DNA from: an uncultured Gemmatimonadales bacterium
GTDB taxonomy: Bacteria > Gemmatimonadota > Gemmatimonadetes > Gemmatimonadales > GWC2-71-9
Reading direction: 5' to 3'
NCBI GenBank assembly: GCA_963804125.1
Contig: CAWDPF010000011.1
Coordinates: 1-64,000 of the forward strand
Length of the DNA: 64,000 bases
Under the pieces are notes generated by a model that saw only the letters and a list, made by a program, of their open reading frames with translations, did no database searches and was not told the DNA's origin. The position numbers were made by a program, and so were the translations under genes. Positions within the stretch are counted from its first letter, which is position 1, and each line of letters starts with the position of its first letter. Shown piece after piece: positions 52,303 through 63,719 of the stretch.

Positions 52303-53958
52303 GTGCCCACGATCCTTCCCATCCGCCATCAGCCGCCACTGCCGCTCGACCGCCTCATCCGCCGCGATCCGCCGGGCGCGGAGGCCATCGAGATGGACGT
52401 GCTGATCGTGGGGGCGGGGCCGGCGGGCCTGGCCTGCGCCATCGAGCTCGCGCGGCTCGTCAAGCGCGAGCGGGAGGGTGGTGGCGACATGCCGGAGCTC
52501 AACATCGGCGTGCTCGAGAAAGCCGGCAGCCTCGGCGAGCACAATCTCTCCGGCTCCGTCGTCAATCCCCGCGCCTTCCGTGAGCTGTTCCCCGAGCTTC
52601 AACCCTCCGATCTCCCATTCCGCCAGCCCGTGCCCCGCGAGGCGGTCTACTTCCTGACCGAGGGCCGCGCCCAGCGGATGCCGACGCCGCCGACGATGCA
52701 CAACAGCGGCTATTACACCGCGTCGATCTGCGAAATGGTCCGCTGGCTCGGCGAGCGCGCCGAGGAGCTCGGCGTGAACATCTTCGCGGGCTTTCCGGCC
52801 GAGGCGCTGCTGGTCGACGGCGCCGCCGTTCGCGGAGTCCGCACGACGGCGTCAGGGCTCGACCGCACGGGGCAGCCGGGCCCGGATTACGTGGAGCCGA
52901 CGGATCTGACGGCGCGGATCACGGTCGTCGCCGAAGGAACCCGCGGTGCGCTCGGCCAGGCGTGGCGTGAGTGGCAGCAGGTGGGCTCCCCCAACCCGCA
53001 GCTCTTCGCGCTCGGCGTGAAGGAGATCTGGGAGGTGAAGCGGCCGCTCGACACGGTCATCCATACGCTGGGCTGGCCGCTCCCGACCGACGCCTTCGGC
53101 GGCAGCTTCTTCTATCCGCTCGGCCCTTCCCAGGTGGCGCTCGGGCTGGTCGTGGGGCTCGACTACCACGACGCGAGCCTCGACGTGCACGAGCTGGTGC
53201 AGCGCCTCAAGCTCCATCCGCTGTTCCGGCCGCACCTCGAGGGCGGCCAGCTGCTCGAGTGGGGCGCCAAGACGATTCCCGAGGGCGGCTACTACGCGCT
53301 GCCGACGCGCCGGAGCGGCGACGGCGTGCTGTTCGCGGGCGACACCGTGGGCTTCGTCGACGTCCCGTCGCTCAAGGGGATCCACTACGCGATGCAGTCG
53401 GGGATGTACGCGGCCCGGGCCGCGTTCGCGGCGCTCAAGCGCGGCGACGTGTCCGCGGCCGCGCTCTCGTCCTACGACCGGATGATCGACGAGAGCTACA
53501 TCGTGGCGGACATGCGCCGCACACGGAACATGCGGTTGGCGTTCAAGGACGGGCTGTACGTCGGCGGGGTGAAGGCGGGGCTCATGACCGTCACCGGTGG
53601 CCGCTTCCCCGGCGGACAGATCACGATGCCTGAGGACGCCAGGACACCGCGCACCACGTCCGCGCCGCGGCCCTTCACGCCCGACGGCACGCTCACGTTC
53701 AGCAAGCTGGACGCGGTATTCAAGTCCGGCAACGCGACGCGCGACACCATTCCGTCCCACCTGCTGGTGGGCCGCGACGTGACGGCGGAGGTCGCCGATT
53801 TCTACTCGCACGTCTGTCCCGCGGGCGTCTACGAGCGGGTGGGCGACGAGCTCCGGGTCAACGCTCCCAACTGTGTCGACTGCAAGGCCACCGACGTGCT
53901 CGGGCCGCGGTGGACGCCTCGCGAGGGCGGGAGCGGCCCGAAGTACCGTAACATGTAG
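52303..53958 (+). CDS. electron-transferring-flavoprotein dehydrogenase (ETF:ubiquinone oxidoreductase)
   Basis: MDVLIVGAGPAGLACAIELARL (FAD GxGxxG)...C-terminal 4Fe-4S ferredoxin-like VCPAGVYERVGDELRVNAPNCVDCKATDVLGP. Clean, GTG start. Confidence 0.85.
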   Translation: MPTILPIRHQPPLPLDRLIRRDPPGAEAIEMDVLIVGAGPAGLACAIELARLVKREREGGGDMPELNIGVLEKAGSLGEHNLSGSVVNPRAFRELFPELQPSDLPFRQPVPREAVYFLTEGRAQRMPTPPTMHNSGYYTASICEMVRWLGERAEELGVNIFAGFPAEALLVDGAAVRGVRTTASGLDRTGQPGPDYVEPTDLTARITVVAEGTRGALGQAWREWQQVGSPNPQLFALGVKEIWEVKRPLDTVIHTLGWPLPTDAFGGSFFYPLGPSQVALGLVVGLDYHDASLDVHELVQRLKLHPLFRPHLEGGQLLEWGAKTIPEGGYYALPTRRSGDGVLFAGDTVGFVDVPSLKGIHYAMQSGMYAARAAFAALKRGDVSAAALSSYDRMIDESYIVADMRRTRNMRLAFKDGLYVGGVKAGLMTVTGGRFPGGQITMPEDARTPRTTSAPRPFTPDGTLTFSKLDAVFKSGNATRDTIPSHLLVGRDVTAEVADFYSHVCPAGVYERVGDELRVNAPNCVDCKATDVLGPRWTPREGGSGPKYRNM

Positions 53959-53986
53959 GAATCCCCTCTCTTCACTGCAACTCTTT

Positions 53987-54010
53987 GCGCCAGCGAAACT
54001 CGCTGGCGCG
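53987..54010 (+). terminator. hairpin GCGCCAGCGAAACTCGCTGGCGC after ETF-QO gene
   Basis: Perfect 9-nt inverted repeat 30 nt after the stop, followed by a T-containing tract. Confidence 0.5.
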
Positions 54011-54150
54011 CTGTGTTTTCCATCCCGCTCTCGGCTTCGTTCCCAATCGACCGACAATGATTCGAACGCTGTTCTCTTCCTGCGGATTGCGGCGAGGTCG
54101 CCGGGTTCGCACACTGAGCGCAGCACCGTCCGCCAATGCCGGGAGGCTGC

Positions 54151-54558
54151 ATGTCCGCCCACAGGGTTTCGCTCGTCGTCGTCCTGCTGGCCGCGCTCGG
54201 CGCTGGTGCGCTCCGCGCGCAGACCAGCGCGGCAGCCACCTGGCAGGCCACGCCCGCGTCGGTGCTCAAGACCGCCCTGCGAAAGACGCTGGCCGCCCAG
54301 GAACGCTTCTACGCCGACAACGAGACCTACGCCCCGTCGGCCGAGGCCCTGGGCCTCCGTCCCGAGGCGGGCGTGCGCGTGGACATCCTGCTCGCGACTG
54401 CCAACGGCTGGCAGGGGCGGGCGACGCACCAGTCCCAGCCGGGCCGGAGCTGCGTGGTCTTCGTCGGCTCGCTCGACGGCGTCGAGGCGCCTCGCACCGA
54501 CGGCGACCATGAGATGGCGGGCGAAGAAGGCATCCCGCTCTGCGACCGGATGCGCTAG
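54151..54558 (+). CDS. small secreted protein (pilin-like C-terminal region)
   Basis: Signal peptide MSAHRVSLVVVLLAALGAGALRAQ, then LKTALRKTLAAQERFYADNETYAPSAEALG...SCVVFVGS. Strong GC3 bias. Confidence 0.45.
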   Translation: MSAHRVSLVVVLLAALGAGALRAQTSAAATWQATPASVLKTALRKTLAAQERFYADNETYAPSAEALGLRPEAGVRVDILLATANGWQGRATHQSQPGRSCVVFVGSLDGVEAPRTDGDHEMAGEEGIPLCDRMR

Positions 54559-54564
54559 CGCCGG

Positions 54565-56440
54565 ATGGCTTCCTCGAAGCGCGACGCGGCCGCGGCCGGA
54601 TCCGGCGCAACCTGGATGGTCCAGGCATGGAAGTGGGGGGCGGGCTCGCTGTCGGCGGGTGCCGCCCTCGTCTCCATCATCTCTTCGGTGCGCTCGCTGC
54701 CGGCCGACCATGTGCGTTGGATCGGCGTGCGGCCCATCGCCGATACGGCCTGGGCCATCGGCGACACCATCCAGCTCGCCATCACCATCACGGACGCGCA
54801 CGGCGGCGTCGTGCCCGGCGTCCGCGTCGGGTGGACCTCGACCGATAGCTCGGTCGCCTCGGTGGACAGCGCGGGCACCGTGGTGGCCCGCTCGCCAGGC
54901 GCTGCGACGGTCGTTGCCGCGGCCGGCGGGCGGATCGCGCAGTCGCGCATCCTGGTCCGCCCCCGCCCGGCCGCCATCTGGATCCAGGGGGACTCACTGC
55001 TTCGGCTGGGCGAAGGCGGCGTGTCCCGCCTCGTCGCGCGCGTGGTCGACGCCCGGCGGCATCCGGTGTCCGGACAGGCAGTAGCGTGGCGCTCGTCGGA
55101 CCCGTCGGTGGCCGTGGTGGACAGCGCCGGCCGGGTCACGGGCATCACCTCCGGCCGTGGGACGCTCGTGGCGTCGGCCGGCGATCTCGTGCTCGAGCTC
55201 CCCACCGAGGTCTATCCGATCCCCGCGACGATCACGCTCCTCGCCGGCGACGGGCAGCGGGCGCCGGCGGGACAGCGTCTGGCCGTTCCGCTCAAGGCGC
55301 AGATCGTGTCGCGCGGCGGCCGGCCGATGGCCGGCGTCCCGGTGCGCTTCACGACGGCGGAGCCGACCGGGCACATCGCGCCCGACGCCGACACCTCCGA
55401 CGCCGACGGCATCGTGCAGGCGGTCTGGACGCTGGGCGACCGGCCGGGCCGCCAGCGGAGCGCGCTCGCGGTCGACGGCGCGCCGCCGATCGCCACCTCG
55501 CTTGCCGCGGACGCCGAGCCGGTGGCCGACAACACGCGCATCGCCCCGGGCGAGCCTCCCGCGGGTCAGGCCGGCGTCGAGCTGGCCGAGCCGATCGTGG
55601 TCCGGGTCACCGATTCCACGGGTGCGCCGCTGGGTGACGTGCCGGTCTCGTGGGAGGCCGCGGGCGGCGGGACGATCGTGGCAGACGCCGCGCGGACCGA
55701 CTCGCTCGGGCAGGCTCGGGCCCGCTGGACTCTCGGCCCGCGCGCGGGCTCGCAGCGGGCCTACGTGCAGGTGGGCGCGTCGCGCGCGGTGCCCCGCGCC
55801 GCGCTCTCGGCGACCGCGGTGGCGGGGCCGGCAGTGTCGATCGCCCTCGTTCGTGGCGCGGTGCCTCGCGGCATCGCCGCGCGCCCGCTGGTGCCGGCCG
55901 TGCAGCTTCGCGTCACCGACCGCCATGGCAATCCCGTGGCGGGCGTGCGGGTCTCGCTCCGGCCGGGGCAGGGGACGGTCGTCGAGCGGACGGTGGTCAC
56001 CGATTCGACGGGGCGAGTCGAGGCGGCCTGGACGCTGGGCCCCGCAGCCGGCGTGCAGCACCTGACGGCGTCGGCGCAGGGCGTCGAGGCTCCAGCTCGA
56101 CGTGACGGCGCGAGCGATGGCGGGCACGCCGGCCAGGCTCGTGCTCGAAGGCGTGCCCGCCGCCGCGACGGTGAGCCGGCCGTTGCCGCAGCCGGTCCGG
56201 GTCCTCGTGACCGACGCCCATGGCAACGCGGCGGCCGGAGCCTCCGTCGTGTTCTCGACGCGATCAGGCGCGGTGACGCCGACGCGGGCGCGCACCGATA
56301 GCGCCGGGCGCGCACAGACGCGCTGGGTGCTGGGCACGCGTGCCGGCGATCAGGTGGTGGAGGTGATGGTGAAGGAAGGCGGGCTCCGCGCGAGCGGCAG
56401 CGTTCGGGCAACGGTGGCTCCCAAGCGCAAGGCGCGCTGA
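54565..56440 (+). CDS. surface protein with tandem Ig-like (Big_2-type) domains, 1 frame disruption (~56095)
   Basis: Repeated approx. 90-aa modules ending in ...DS.G.A...WTLG.R.G.Q (e.g. AVWTLGDRPGRQ, ARWTLGPRAGSQ, AAWTLGPAAGVQ, TRWVLGTRAGDQ). The last module lies in ORF 56102..56440. Confidence 0.55.
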
Positions 56441-56452
56441 GGAGCGTCCGGG

Positions 56453-58163
56453 CTAGGCGCGCCGCAAGATGGACGGAGCGACGGTGCCTCGTCGGGTCTC
56501 GAGGAAGTGGCGCGCCCAGCACTCCATCGACAGCACGGACCAGAGCCGGTGGGCCACCTCCCGGCTCTCCGGCGCGCGTGTGCGGTCGATCCGGAGCTGC
56601 TGGAGCTGTGCGCCGGTCAGCAGCCGATGCCGCTCGAGCGCGCTGTTCACCAGCCAGTCGCCGGCCAGATCCGAAAGCACCTCGCCCATCGCACCCTGCA
56701 CGTCGAGGCGCTGGATTGCCTTCTTCCGATGTCGGATGCTCGCCGGCAGCAGGTCCACCGCCGCTTCCCGCAGGACCCACTTCTGGCGCCGCCACCCTGA
56801 CTTGAGCCAGCCGGGCACCGTCAGGCTGGTCGCGATCATGTCGGGATCGAGGAACGGCGAATGGAAGGCCGCGCCGGTGAGCTCGTGGTTCGGTTCGAGG
56901 TAGTTGTGCGAATGCATGCGCTGGATCGTCGCGCGAATGAACTCGTTGACCTCGGGCCGCCAGAACACCCCTTTCTCGGACCCGGCCCCGGGCACACGAA
57001 GCGCCTGGGGCGGGGTGCTGCCGTACACCGCCGTCTGCAGCGCTCGGCCGAGCAGCGTGGAGGGGGACAGGCCGCACTGCGAGAGCTGAAACAGCTCCTG
57101 CAGCGGCGCGCTGAACATCGGCAGCCGCTCGGCGAGGCCGACGAGCCGGTGCCGGGGCATCCCGCCGAACAGCACGTCGGCCCCGTGGCCGCCGAATACG
57201 GCCTTCACGTGCGCGCCGGCGTGCCGCAGCACGTGCATCTGCAGCATCGCCTCTTCGCGCCCGCCGCAATCTTCGGTGAGCCAGACCAGCTGCGGCAGCT
57301 CAACGGGGATCGTCGACGGATCGAACATGAACTCGTGGTGCTCGGTCCCGAATTGTTCGGCCGTCTGCTGGGCGCCCACCACCTCCCAGTCGTCCGGCGC
57401 GGCGCCGATCGTGAATGACGAGACGCGCACGTCCGGCGCCACCCGTCGGATGGCGCCGAGCACGATAGCGGCATCGACGCCGCCACCGAGGGTGATGCCC
57501 ACCTGCTCGTAGGCGTGCACCTGGCGGTGCACCGTCTCGAGCAGCGCGTCACGCACAACGGTCACGTGCTCCTGGTCCGAGCGGCTGACGACATCGCTCC
57601 GGGGCTTCCAGTAGGTCGAGACGGCGATCCGCTTCCCCCGAAGCTCCAGCATGTTCCCGCCCTGCAGGTTGCGGGCGCGGGCCAGGAACGAGCGCCCGCT
57701 GAGCGGGTGCTTGGTGGCGAGATAGTGCTGGATGGCCGTGCGGTCGGGCTCGAGCGGAAGGTCGATGAGAGCGAGAAGCGACTTGTATTCGCTGGCGAAC
57801 GCGAACCGGTTCGCGGAGCACGGAATAGTAGAGGCTCTTGTAACCGATCTGGTCGACCGCGAGCGACACCTGTGCAGGGCCGCCACAGATGGCGACGGCG
57901 AAAGTACCCCGAAGCCTGGCCAGGGCCGCCGCTCCCTCCCGGGCGAAATGCTCCGGCAGGGCAGTCTCGTCGCTGACCGCGTGCCAGTCGGCCGTCATGG
58001 GGGAGCCGTCTACCTCGAAGGGCCGATGCTCCGCCCGGCCGAAGTAGACCCTGGGCGCCGGGCTCCAGATCTGCTGGAATTGGCCCCGGTGGCTCACCGC
58101 CTGACCCATCGCTCTGACTTCGGCCAGCGAGCCCTCGCCCACGATACCGAAGATGGCCCCCAT
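56453..58163 (-). CDS. asnB: asparagine synthase (glutamine-hydrolysing), 1 frame disruption (~57800)
   Basis: N-terminal MGAIFGIVGEG (Ntn Cys2 replaced by Gly in this read) ... C-terminal synthetase domain with ITLGGGVDAAIVLGAI (PP-loop SGGxDS-like) in ORF 56453..57886. Confidence 0.75.
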
Positions 58164-58312
58164 GAACGACTTCCCTCTTTTGCGGCAGGGGCCGCGGCGC
58201 AGGCATTTTCCCAAGCCGCTAGCCGCCCAGAGGTGGGGCGGTCAGGGTCAGGTCGTCGACATTAAGTTGGGAACTGACTTGGAGTTACAGCGCGCTTCGT
58301 AAAAGCGAAAGA

Positions 58313-58732
58313 TCACTCGCCGAGGATCTTGATGATCACTCGCTTCCGCCGCTGGCCGTCCCACTCACCATAGAAGACCCGTTGCCAGGGGCCGAGATCC
58401 AGCTTGCCGGCCGTGATCGGCACGATGACCTCATGGCCGACGGTCAGGCTACGCAAATGTGCGGCCGCGTTGTCCTCGCCGGTCTCGTTGTGGCGGTACC
58501 GCTCCGGGTCCCAGGGCGCGATGGTGCCCTCGAGCCACGCGAGGATGTCCTGCCAGAGTCCGGATTCGTGGTCGTTGACGAAGACCGAGGCGCTGATGTG
58601 CATGGCGGAGACGAGCGCGAATCCGTCACGGATCCCGCTGACGGTCACCTGCCGCTCGACCTCGTCGGTGATGTCGATGATCTCCTGGCGGCGCTTGGTG
58701 TCGAACCAGAGGTAGTGGGTATGGGCGGCCAT
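58313..58732 (-). CDS. YjbQ-family (UPF0047) protein
   Basis: MAAHTHYLWFDTKRRQEIIDITDEVERQV...LVSAMHISASVFVNDHESGLWQDILAWLE...NAAAHLRSLTVGHEVIVPITAGKLDLGPWQRVFYGEWDG. Clean. Confidence 0.8.
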   Translation of the reverse strand: MAAHTHYLWFDTKRRQEIIDITDEVERQVTVSGIRDGFALVSAMHISASVFVNDHESGLWQDILAWLEGTIAPWDPERYRHNETGEDNAAAHLRSLTVGHEVIVPITAGKLDLGPWQRVFYGEWDGQRRKRVIIKILGE

Positions 58733-58735
58733 GGG

Positions 58736-59593
58736 TCAGCGCAGCAGCTCCTCGAGGCGCACGGCCGTCTCGGTCTTCTCGTCGCGGTACTTCACGATCA
58801 CCGGCGTGTAAAGCCCGATTCCCGCCTCGCGGCCGGCGCCCGAGCGCACCGGGCGGGTGCCCGGAACCACCACCGCGCCGGCTGGGATCTCCAGCGGCCG
58901 CTCGCCGTCGCGACGGTAGACGCGGTCGTGGACCAGGTCGAACACCGCCGTGCCGCCGGTGAGGATCGTGCCCGGCGCGAGCACGGCGCGCTCGCGCACG
59001 ATCGTGCCCTCGTAGACCCCGCAGTTCCCGCCGACCAGCACCTCGTCCTCGATGATGACCGGCAGCGCGCCCGCGGGCTCGAGCACGCCGCCGATCTGCG
59101 CCGCGGCGGACAGGTGGACCCTGCGGCCGACCTGGGCGCACGAGCCGACCAGCGCATGCGAGTCCACCATGGTCCCCTCGCCGACGTACGCGCCGACGTT
59201 GATGTACATCGGTGGCATGCAGACGACGCCCGGGGCCACGTAGCAGCCGTCGCGGATGGCCGATCCGCCGGGGACGATGCGGACGCCGTCGTCGATGGTG
59301 GCGCGACGGAGCGGGTAGGTGTCCTTGTCGTAGAACGGGAACGGGCCGCCGGTGGCGGCCGGCGTGATGCGGCCGAGCCGGAAGCCGAGCAGGATGCCGG
59401 CCTTCACCCACGCGTTGGCGCGCCACTGTCCATCGGCGCCGCGCTCCGCCGCGCGCACCGCACCTGCGTTGAGCGCGGCCTTGAGCTCGACGAAGGCGGC
59501 CCGCGCAGGCCCTTCATCCTCTGGAGCGATGGGACCGCCGTAGCGGGCGAGCTCCGCCTCGAGCGCCTTCACGTCCTCAGGGGACATTGGCAC
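58736..59593 (-). CDS. dapD: 2,3,4,5-tetrahydropyridine-2,6-dicarboxylate N-succinyltransferase
   Basis: ...[71 protein letters not shown] (hexapeptide repeats typical of DapD). Confidence 0.8.
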   Translation of the reverse strand: MPMSPEDVKALEAELARYGGPIAPEDEGPARAAFVELKAALNAGAVRAAERGADGQWRANAWVKAGILLGFRLGRITPAATGGPFPFYDKDTYPLRRATIDDGVRIVPGGSAIRDGCYVAPGVVCMPPMYINVGAYVGEGTMVDSHALVGSCAQVGRRVHLSAAAQIGGVLEPAGALPVIIEDEVLVGGNCGVYEGTIVRERAVLAPGTILTGGTAVFDLVHDRVYRRDGERPLEIPAGAVVVPGTRPVRSGAGREAGIGLYTPVIVKYRDEKTETAVRLEELLR

Positions 59594-60465
59594 CCGCCGC
59601 TACGAGCGCGGCGCGGAGCGCGTCCCGGGTGGCCCGGGCCACGGGCACCAGCGGCAGGCGGAGCACATCGGCGATCCTGCCCATCAGGGCCAGCCCCGCC
59701 TTGACCGGCGAGGGATTGGTCTCGAGAAAGTTGGCGTCCATGAGCGGCAGGAGGCGATACTGGCCCGCGCGGGCGGCGTCGAGGTCGCCGCGCCGGGCGT
59801 GACGCACGAGCGCCGTCATCTGCGCCGGGACCTCGTTCGACGTCACCGAGATCAGCCCATCGCCGCCCGCCGCGGCGACCGGGAACGCCAGCCAGTCGTC
59901 CCCCGAGAGCACGGCGAAGCCCGCGGGACGGTGGCGGATGATCTCCATGATCTGCCGCAGGTCGCCGCTCGCCTCCTTGATGCCGCGTACGTTTGGATGC
60001 TCGGCCAGGCGAAGCGCGGTGGCCGGCAGGAGATTGACGGCGGTGCGGCCGGGGACGTTGTAGAGGCAGACCGGGCGGATGGAAGCGTCGGCGACGGCCT
60101 GGAAGTGCCGGGCAAGGCCCTCCTGCGTGGGCTTGTTGTAGTAGGGCGTGGCCGAAAGAATGCCGTCGACACCGAGCGGCGCACATGCGCCGGGTCTCGT
60201 CGACGGCGCGGCGGGTGTCGTTGCTGGTCGCGCCGGCCACGACCGGGACGCGCCCGGCCGCGGTCTCGACGACGGCGGCCACGACTCGTTCGCGCTCGCC
60301 GTCGTCCAGGGTCTGGGCCTCGCCGGTGGAGCCGCAGGGCACCAGGAAGTCGATGCCTTCGGCGATCTGCCACTCGACCAGCGCCCCGAGGGCCAGGAAA
60401 TCGACGGCGCCGCTCTCGGTGAACGGCGTGACCAGCGCGGTGCCGCATCCCTCGAAGGCGGTCAT
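59577..60465 (-). CDS. dapA: 4-hydroxy-tetrahydrodipicolinate synthase, 1 frame disruption (~60190)
   Basis: [49 protein letters not shown]...[14 protein letters not shown] ... then (ORF 59577..59948) [38 protein letters not shown]. Confidence 0.8.
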
Positions 60466-61162
60466 CCACTCTCTCCGAAGAGCATGTCCTCGACCGTGTA
60501 GACCCCGCGGTGCCCGGGCAGCCACTCGGCCGCGGCCAGGGCACCGGCCGCGAAGCCCTCCCGGCTCCGCGCCTCGTGCACCAGTGTCACCCGCTCGTAT
60601 GGCCCGTCGTAGGCCACGAGGTGCGTACCCGGCGTGGCGCCGGCCCGCACGGAGGTGATCGGAAACGTCCGCGCCGCGATCCGCGGAGCTCGCGCGTGCC
60701 TGGAGCTCGCGCGCCGTGCCCGACGGCGCATCGAGCTTGGCGGCGTGATGCTCCTCCAGTATAAAGGCGTCGAACTCGGGGTGCCCGGCGAAGCGATGGG
60801 CCAGGTCCCGCGCGGCGCGCAGGAAGAGATGCACGCCGAGCGAGAAGTTGGCGGCGTGGAGCAGGGCGCCGCCCTGCCGCTCGACGTGCGCCGTGATCCG
60901 CGCGAGCTCGTCCCGCCAGCCCGTCGTCCCGGTGACGACGGGGACGCCGGCCTCGATGAGGCGCTCGAGATTGGCCACCGCCGCGTCGGGCCGGGTGAAC
61001 TCCACGGCGACGTCGGCGCCTGTCAGCCGCTCCGCCATGAGCGCGCGGCCGCCGGCGTTCTCGCTGCCACCGATCATCGCGTGGATCGTGTGGCCGCGAG
61101 CCTCCGCCAGGCTCGCCACGGCCCGGCCCATCTTGCCGTCGCCTACGATTACGATGCGCATG
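60462..61162 (-). CDS. dapB: 4-hydroxy-tetrahydrodipicolinate reductase, 1 frame disruption (~60690)
   Basis: [19 protein letters not shown]...[33 protein letters not shown]...FSLGVHLF...[16 protein letters not shown]-terminal [36 protein letters not shown] in ORF 60462..60731. Confidence 0.8.
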
Positions 61163-61238
61163 CGGCGCTCCCATTCACCACGGAGGCGCAGAGGGCACGG
61201 AGGGTCACGGTGGACCCACAAGAAATCGGTTCTCCGCG

Positions 61239-61271
<33 letters not shown>

Positions 61272-61308
61272 GTTTTTCTCAACCGATCCCCGAGCTCACC
61301 TCGGAGCC

Positions 61309-62661
61309 TCAGCATGTCCCGAAGAACTCCTGGTGCAGCCGCCGCACGACATCGGGCCCGTCCTCCTCCCGCACGACGAACGTCATGTTGATCGCCGAGG
61401 CCCCCTGAGAGATCACCTCGACGTTGGCCGGCTGGACGGCGCGGAAGAGCCGGGCGGCCAGGCCCGGGGTGGTGCGGATGCCGATGCCGACGACCGCGAT
61501 GATCGCCCGGTGATTCTCGACCCAGACCTCGCCCAGCTCGCCCAGATCGCGCACCACGGCGTCGAGGCGGGTCCGGTCCTCGACCGTGAGCGAGACGCTG
61601 ACCTCGCCGCTCGCCAGCACGTCGACCACCATCTCGTGCCGCTCGAAGACCTCGAACATCGCGCGCAGGAAGCCGTAGGCGCCGAGCATCCGCGGCGCGC
61701 GCACGTTCACCACCGTGATGCCGGGCTTCCAGCTGATCGACCGCACGGGCGAGTCCCCCATCCGCTCGAGCTCGGCCGACGGCTCGATGGTGGTGCCGGG
61801 ATCGTCGGCGCGGGTGGAGTTGAGGACCACGATGGGGATCCCCGAGCGCACCAGCGGCTGCGCGGTGGCGGGGTGGAGCACCTTGGCGCCGAAGGTGGCC
61901 AGCTCCGCGGCCTCCTCGTAGCTCGCCGCCCGGAGGGTGCGCGCGGACGGCACGATGCGCGGATCCGCCGTCATGAGCCCGTTCACGTCGGTCCAGATCT
62001 CGACCCGCTCGACGTCGAGCACGGCGCCGAGCAGCGCGGCGGTGAAGTCGGAGCCGCCACGGCCGAGCGTGGTCGGCGTGCCGTCGACGGTGGCGCCGAT
62101 GAAGCCCTGGGTCACCGGTATGCGGCCCGCGTCGACCAGCGGACGAAGGCACTCGCGCGCCCGGTCCGCCAGGGCCTGCATGTACGGCGTGGCCCTGCCG
62201 TGGCGATCGTCGGTCACCATGATCGGGCGGATGTCCACCCACGTCGCGGCGAGCCCGGCGGCCTCGAGCGCGGCCGCCACGAGCCGGCTGCTCCAGAGCT
62301 CGCCCCGGCCGGCGAGCGCGTCGAGTTCCGCGGGGCGCAGCATGCGGCCGAGCGCCGCGCCGAGCTCGTGGCGGAGCGCGGTGGCGTCCTCGGTGATCGC
62401 CGGCAGGGCCAGGGCAACGCCCGGGAGCTCCCGGGCGGCAGCCGCATGGCGGTCGACGAGCGCGGCGATGGCCGCGTCGAGTGAGGCACCGTCGGCCGCG
62501 TGCACCATCGGGGCGAGTCTCAGGAGACCATCGGTCACTCCGGCGAGCGCGCTGACCACTACTACCGGCCGATCGGCGGTCCGCGAGCGCACGATGCCGA
62601 TCAGCCGGCCGATGGCCGCCGCGTCGGCCACCGAGGTGCCGCCGAACTTGGCGACGATCAT
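61309..62661 (-). CDS. lysC: aspartate kinase
   Basis: MIVAKFGGTSVADAAAIGRL...VVVSALAGVTDGL...two C-terminal ACT domains (VNVRAPRMLGAYGFLRAMFEVFERHEMVVDVLASGEVSVSL...). Clean 450 aa. Confidence 0.9.
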   Translation of the reverse strand: MIVAKFGGTSVADAAAIGRLIGIVRSRTADRPVVVVSALAGVTDGLLRLAPMVHAADGASLDAAIAALVDRHAAAARELPGVALALPAITEDATALRHELGAALGRMLRPAELDALAGRGELWSSRLVAAALEAAGLAATWVDIRPIMVTDDRHGRATPYMQALADRARECLRPLVDAGRIPVTQGFIGATVDGTPTTLGRGGSDFTAALLGAVLDVERVEIWTDVNGLMTADPRIVPSARTLRAASYEEAAELATFGAKVLHPATAQPLVRSGIPIVVLNSTRADDPGTTIEPSAELERMGDSPVRSISWKPGITVVNVRAPRMLGAYGFLRAMFEVFERHEMVVDVLASGEVSVSLTVEDRTRLDAVVRDLGELGEVWVENHRAIIAVVGIGIRTTPGLAARLFRAVQPANVEVISQGASAINMTFVVREEDGPDVVRRLHQEFFGTC

Positions 62662-63719
62662 GCCGGCCGGTCCACCCGGCCTTCCGCCACCAGCAGCTCG
62701 GCGATCTGCACCGCCTGGCCCGCCGCGCCGCGAATGGTATTGTGGCCCAGCAGCACCAGCCGGAGGTCGAGGATGGGGCAGGCGCGCACCCGGCCCACCG
62801 TCACCGCCATCCCCCGGCCGCGCTCGAGATCGAGCCGCGGCTGCGGCCGGTCCTGGCGGCTATCCACCTCGACCGGCGGCGTGGGCGAGGACGGCAGGCA
62901 GGCGACCCGCGGGCTCGCGCGGAACTCGCGCAGCGCGGTCACGGCGGACTCGGGCGTGACCCGCGTCCGGAAGCCCGCCGACACCGTCATGAGGTGCCCG
63001 TCGATCGTGGCGACCCGGTTGGTGTGCGCGCTCATCGCGAAGTCCGCGGGCGTCACGCCGTCGGCGGCGAGCGTGCCGAGGATCTTCCGGCTCTCGCGCT
63101 CCATCTTCTCCTCCTCGCCGCCGATGTACGGCACCACGTTGCCGAGGATGTCGAGCGAGGCCACGCCGGGGTAGCCAGCCCCCGAGACGGCCTGCATCGT
63201 CGAGACGAAGAGCTTCTCCAGCCCGTATGCGCGGTGCAGCGGCGCGAGCGCCAGCACCAGCGCCGCCGTCGAGCAGTTCGGGTTCGCGAGAATGGCGCCC
63301 GGCCAGCCCCGGCCCTCGTGCTGGCGGTCGACCAGCGCCAGGTGGTCGAGATTGGCCTCCGGGATGAGCAGCGGCACGTCCGCGTCCATCCGGTGGGTGC
63401 GGGTGTTGGTCACCACGTATGCGCCGGCGGCCGCGAACGCCTGTTCGATCGGCCCCGCGACCTCGGCGTCGAGCGCGCTGAACACGATCGGACCCGGGAG
63501 CGGTGGCGCCGACGGCTGCACGATGAGCGCCGCGATCCGATCGGGCAGCGCGCTCTGCTCGCGCCAGCGGACGACGTCGCCATAGCGCTGGCCCGCGCTC
63601 GCGGACGACGCCGCCACGGCCGCGACCTCGAACCAGGGGTGGTCCGCCAGCAGGCGGACGAACTTCTGGCCGACCGTGCCGGTGGCACCGAGCACGCTGA
63701 CCGGGATCTTCGCTGTCAT
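62658..63719 (-). CDS. asd: aspartate-semialdehyde dehydrogenase
   Basis: PVSVLGATGTVGQKFVRLL...ILANPNCSTAALVLALAPL (active-site Cys)...SAHTNRVATIDGHLMTVS. Clean, 4-nt overlap with lysC. Confidence 0.9.
   Translation of the reverse strand: MTAKIPVSVLGATGTVGQKFVRLLADHPWFEVAAVAASSASAGQRYGDVVRWREQSALPDRIAALIVQPSAPPLPGPIVFSALDAEVAGPIEQAFAAAGAYVVTNTRTHRMDADVPLLIPEANLDHLALVDRQHEGRGWPGAILANPNCSTAALVLALAPLHRAYGLEKLFVSTMQAVSGAGYPGVASLDILGNVVPYIGGEEEKMERESRKILGTLAADGVTPADFAMSAHTNRVATIDGHLMTVSAGFRTRVTPESAVTALREFRASPRVACLPSSPTPPVEVDSRQDRPQPRLDLERGRGMAVTVGRVRACPILDLRLVLLGHNTIRGAAGQAVQIAELLVAEGRVDRPA

Noticed and set aside
58222-58242. Terminator hairpin between yjbQ and asnB (GCCGCCC..GGGCGG)
   Set aside because: The stem is short and imperfect with no U-tract. 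Not confident enough to annotate.
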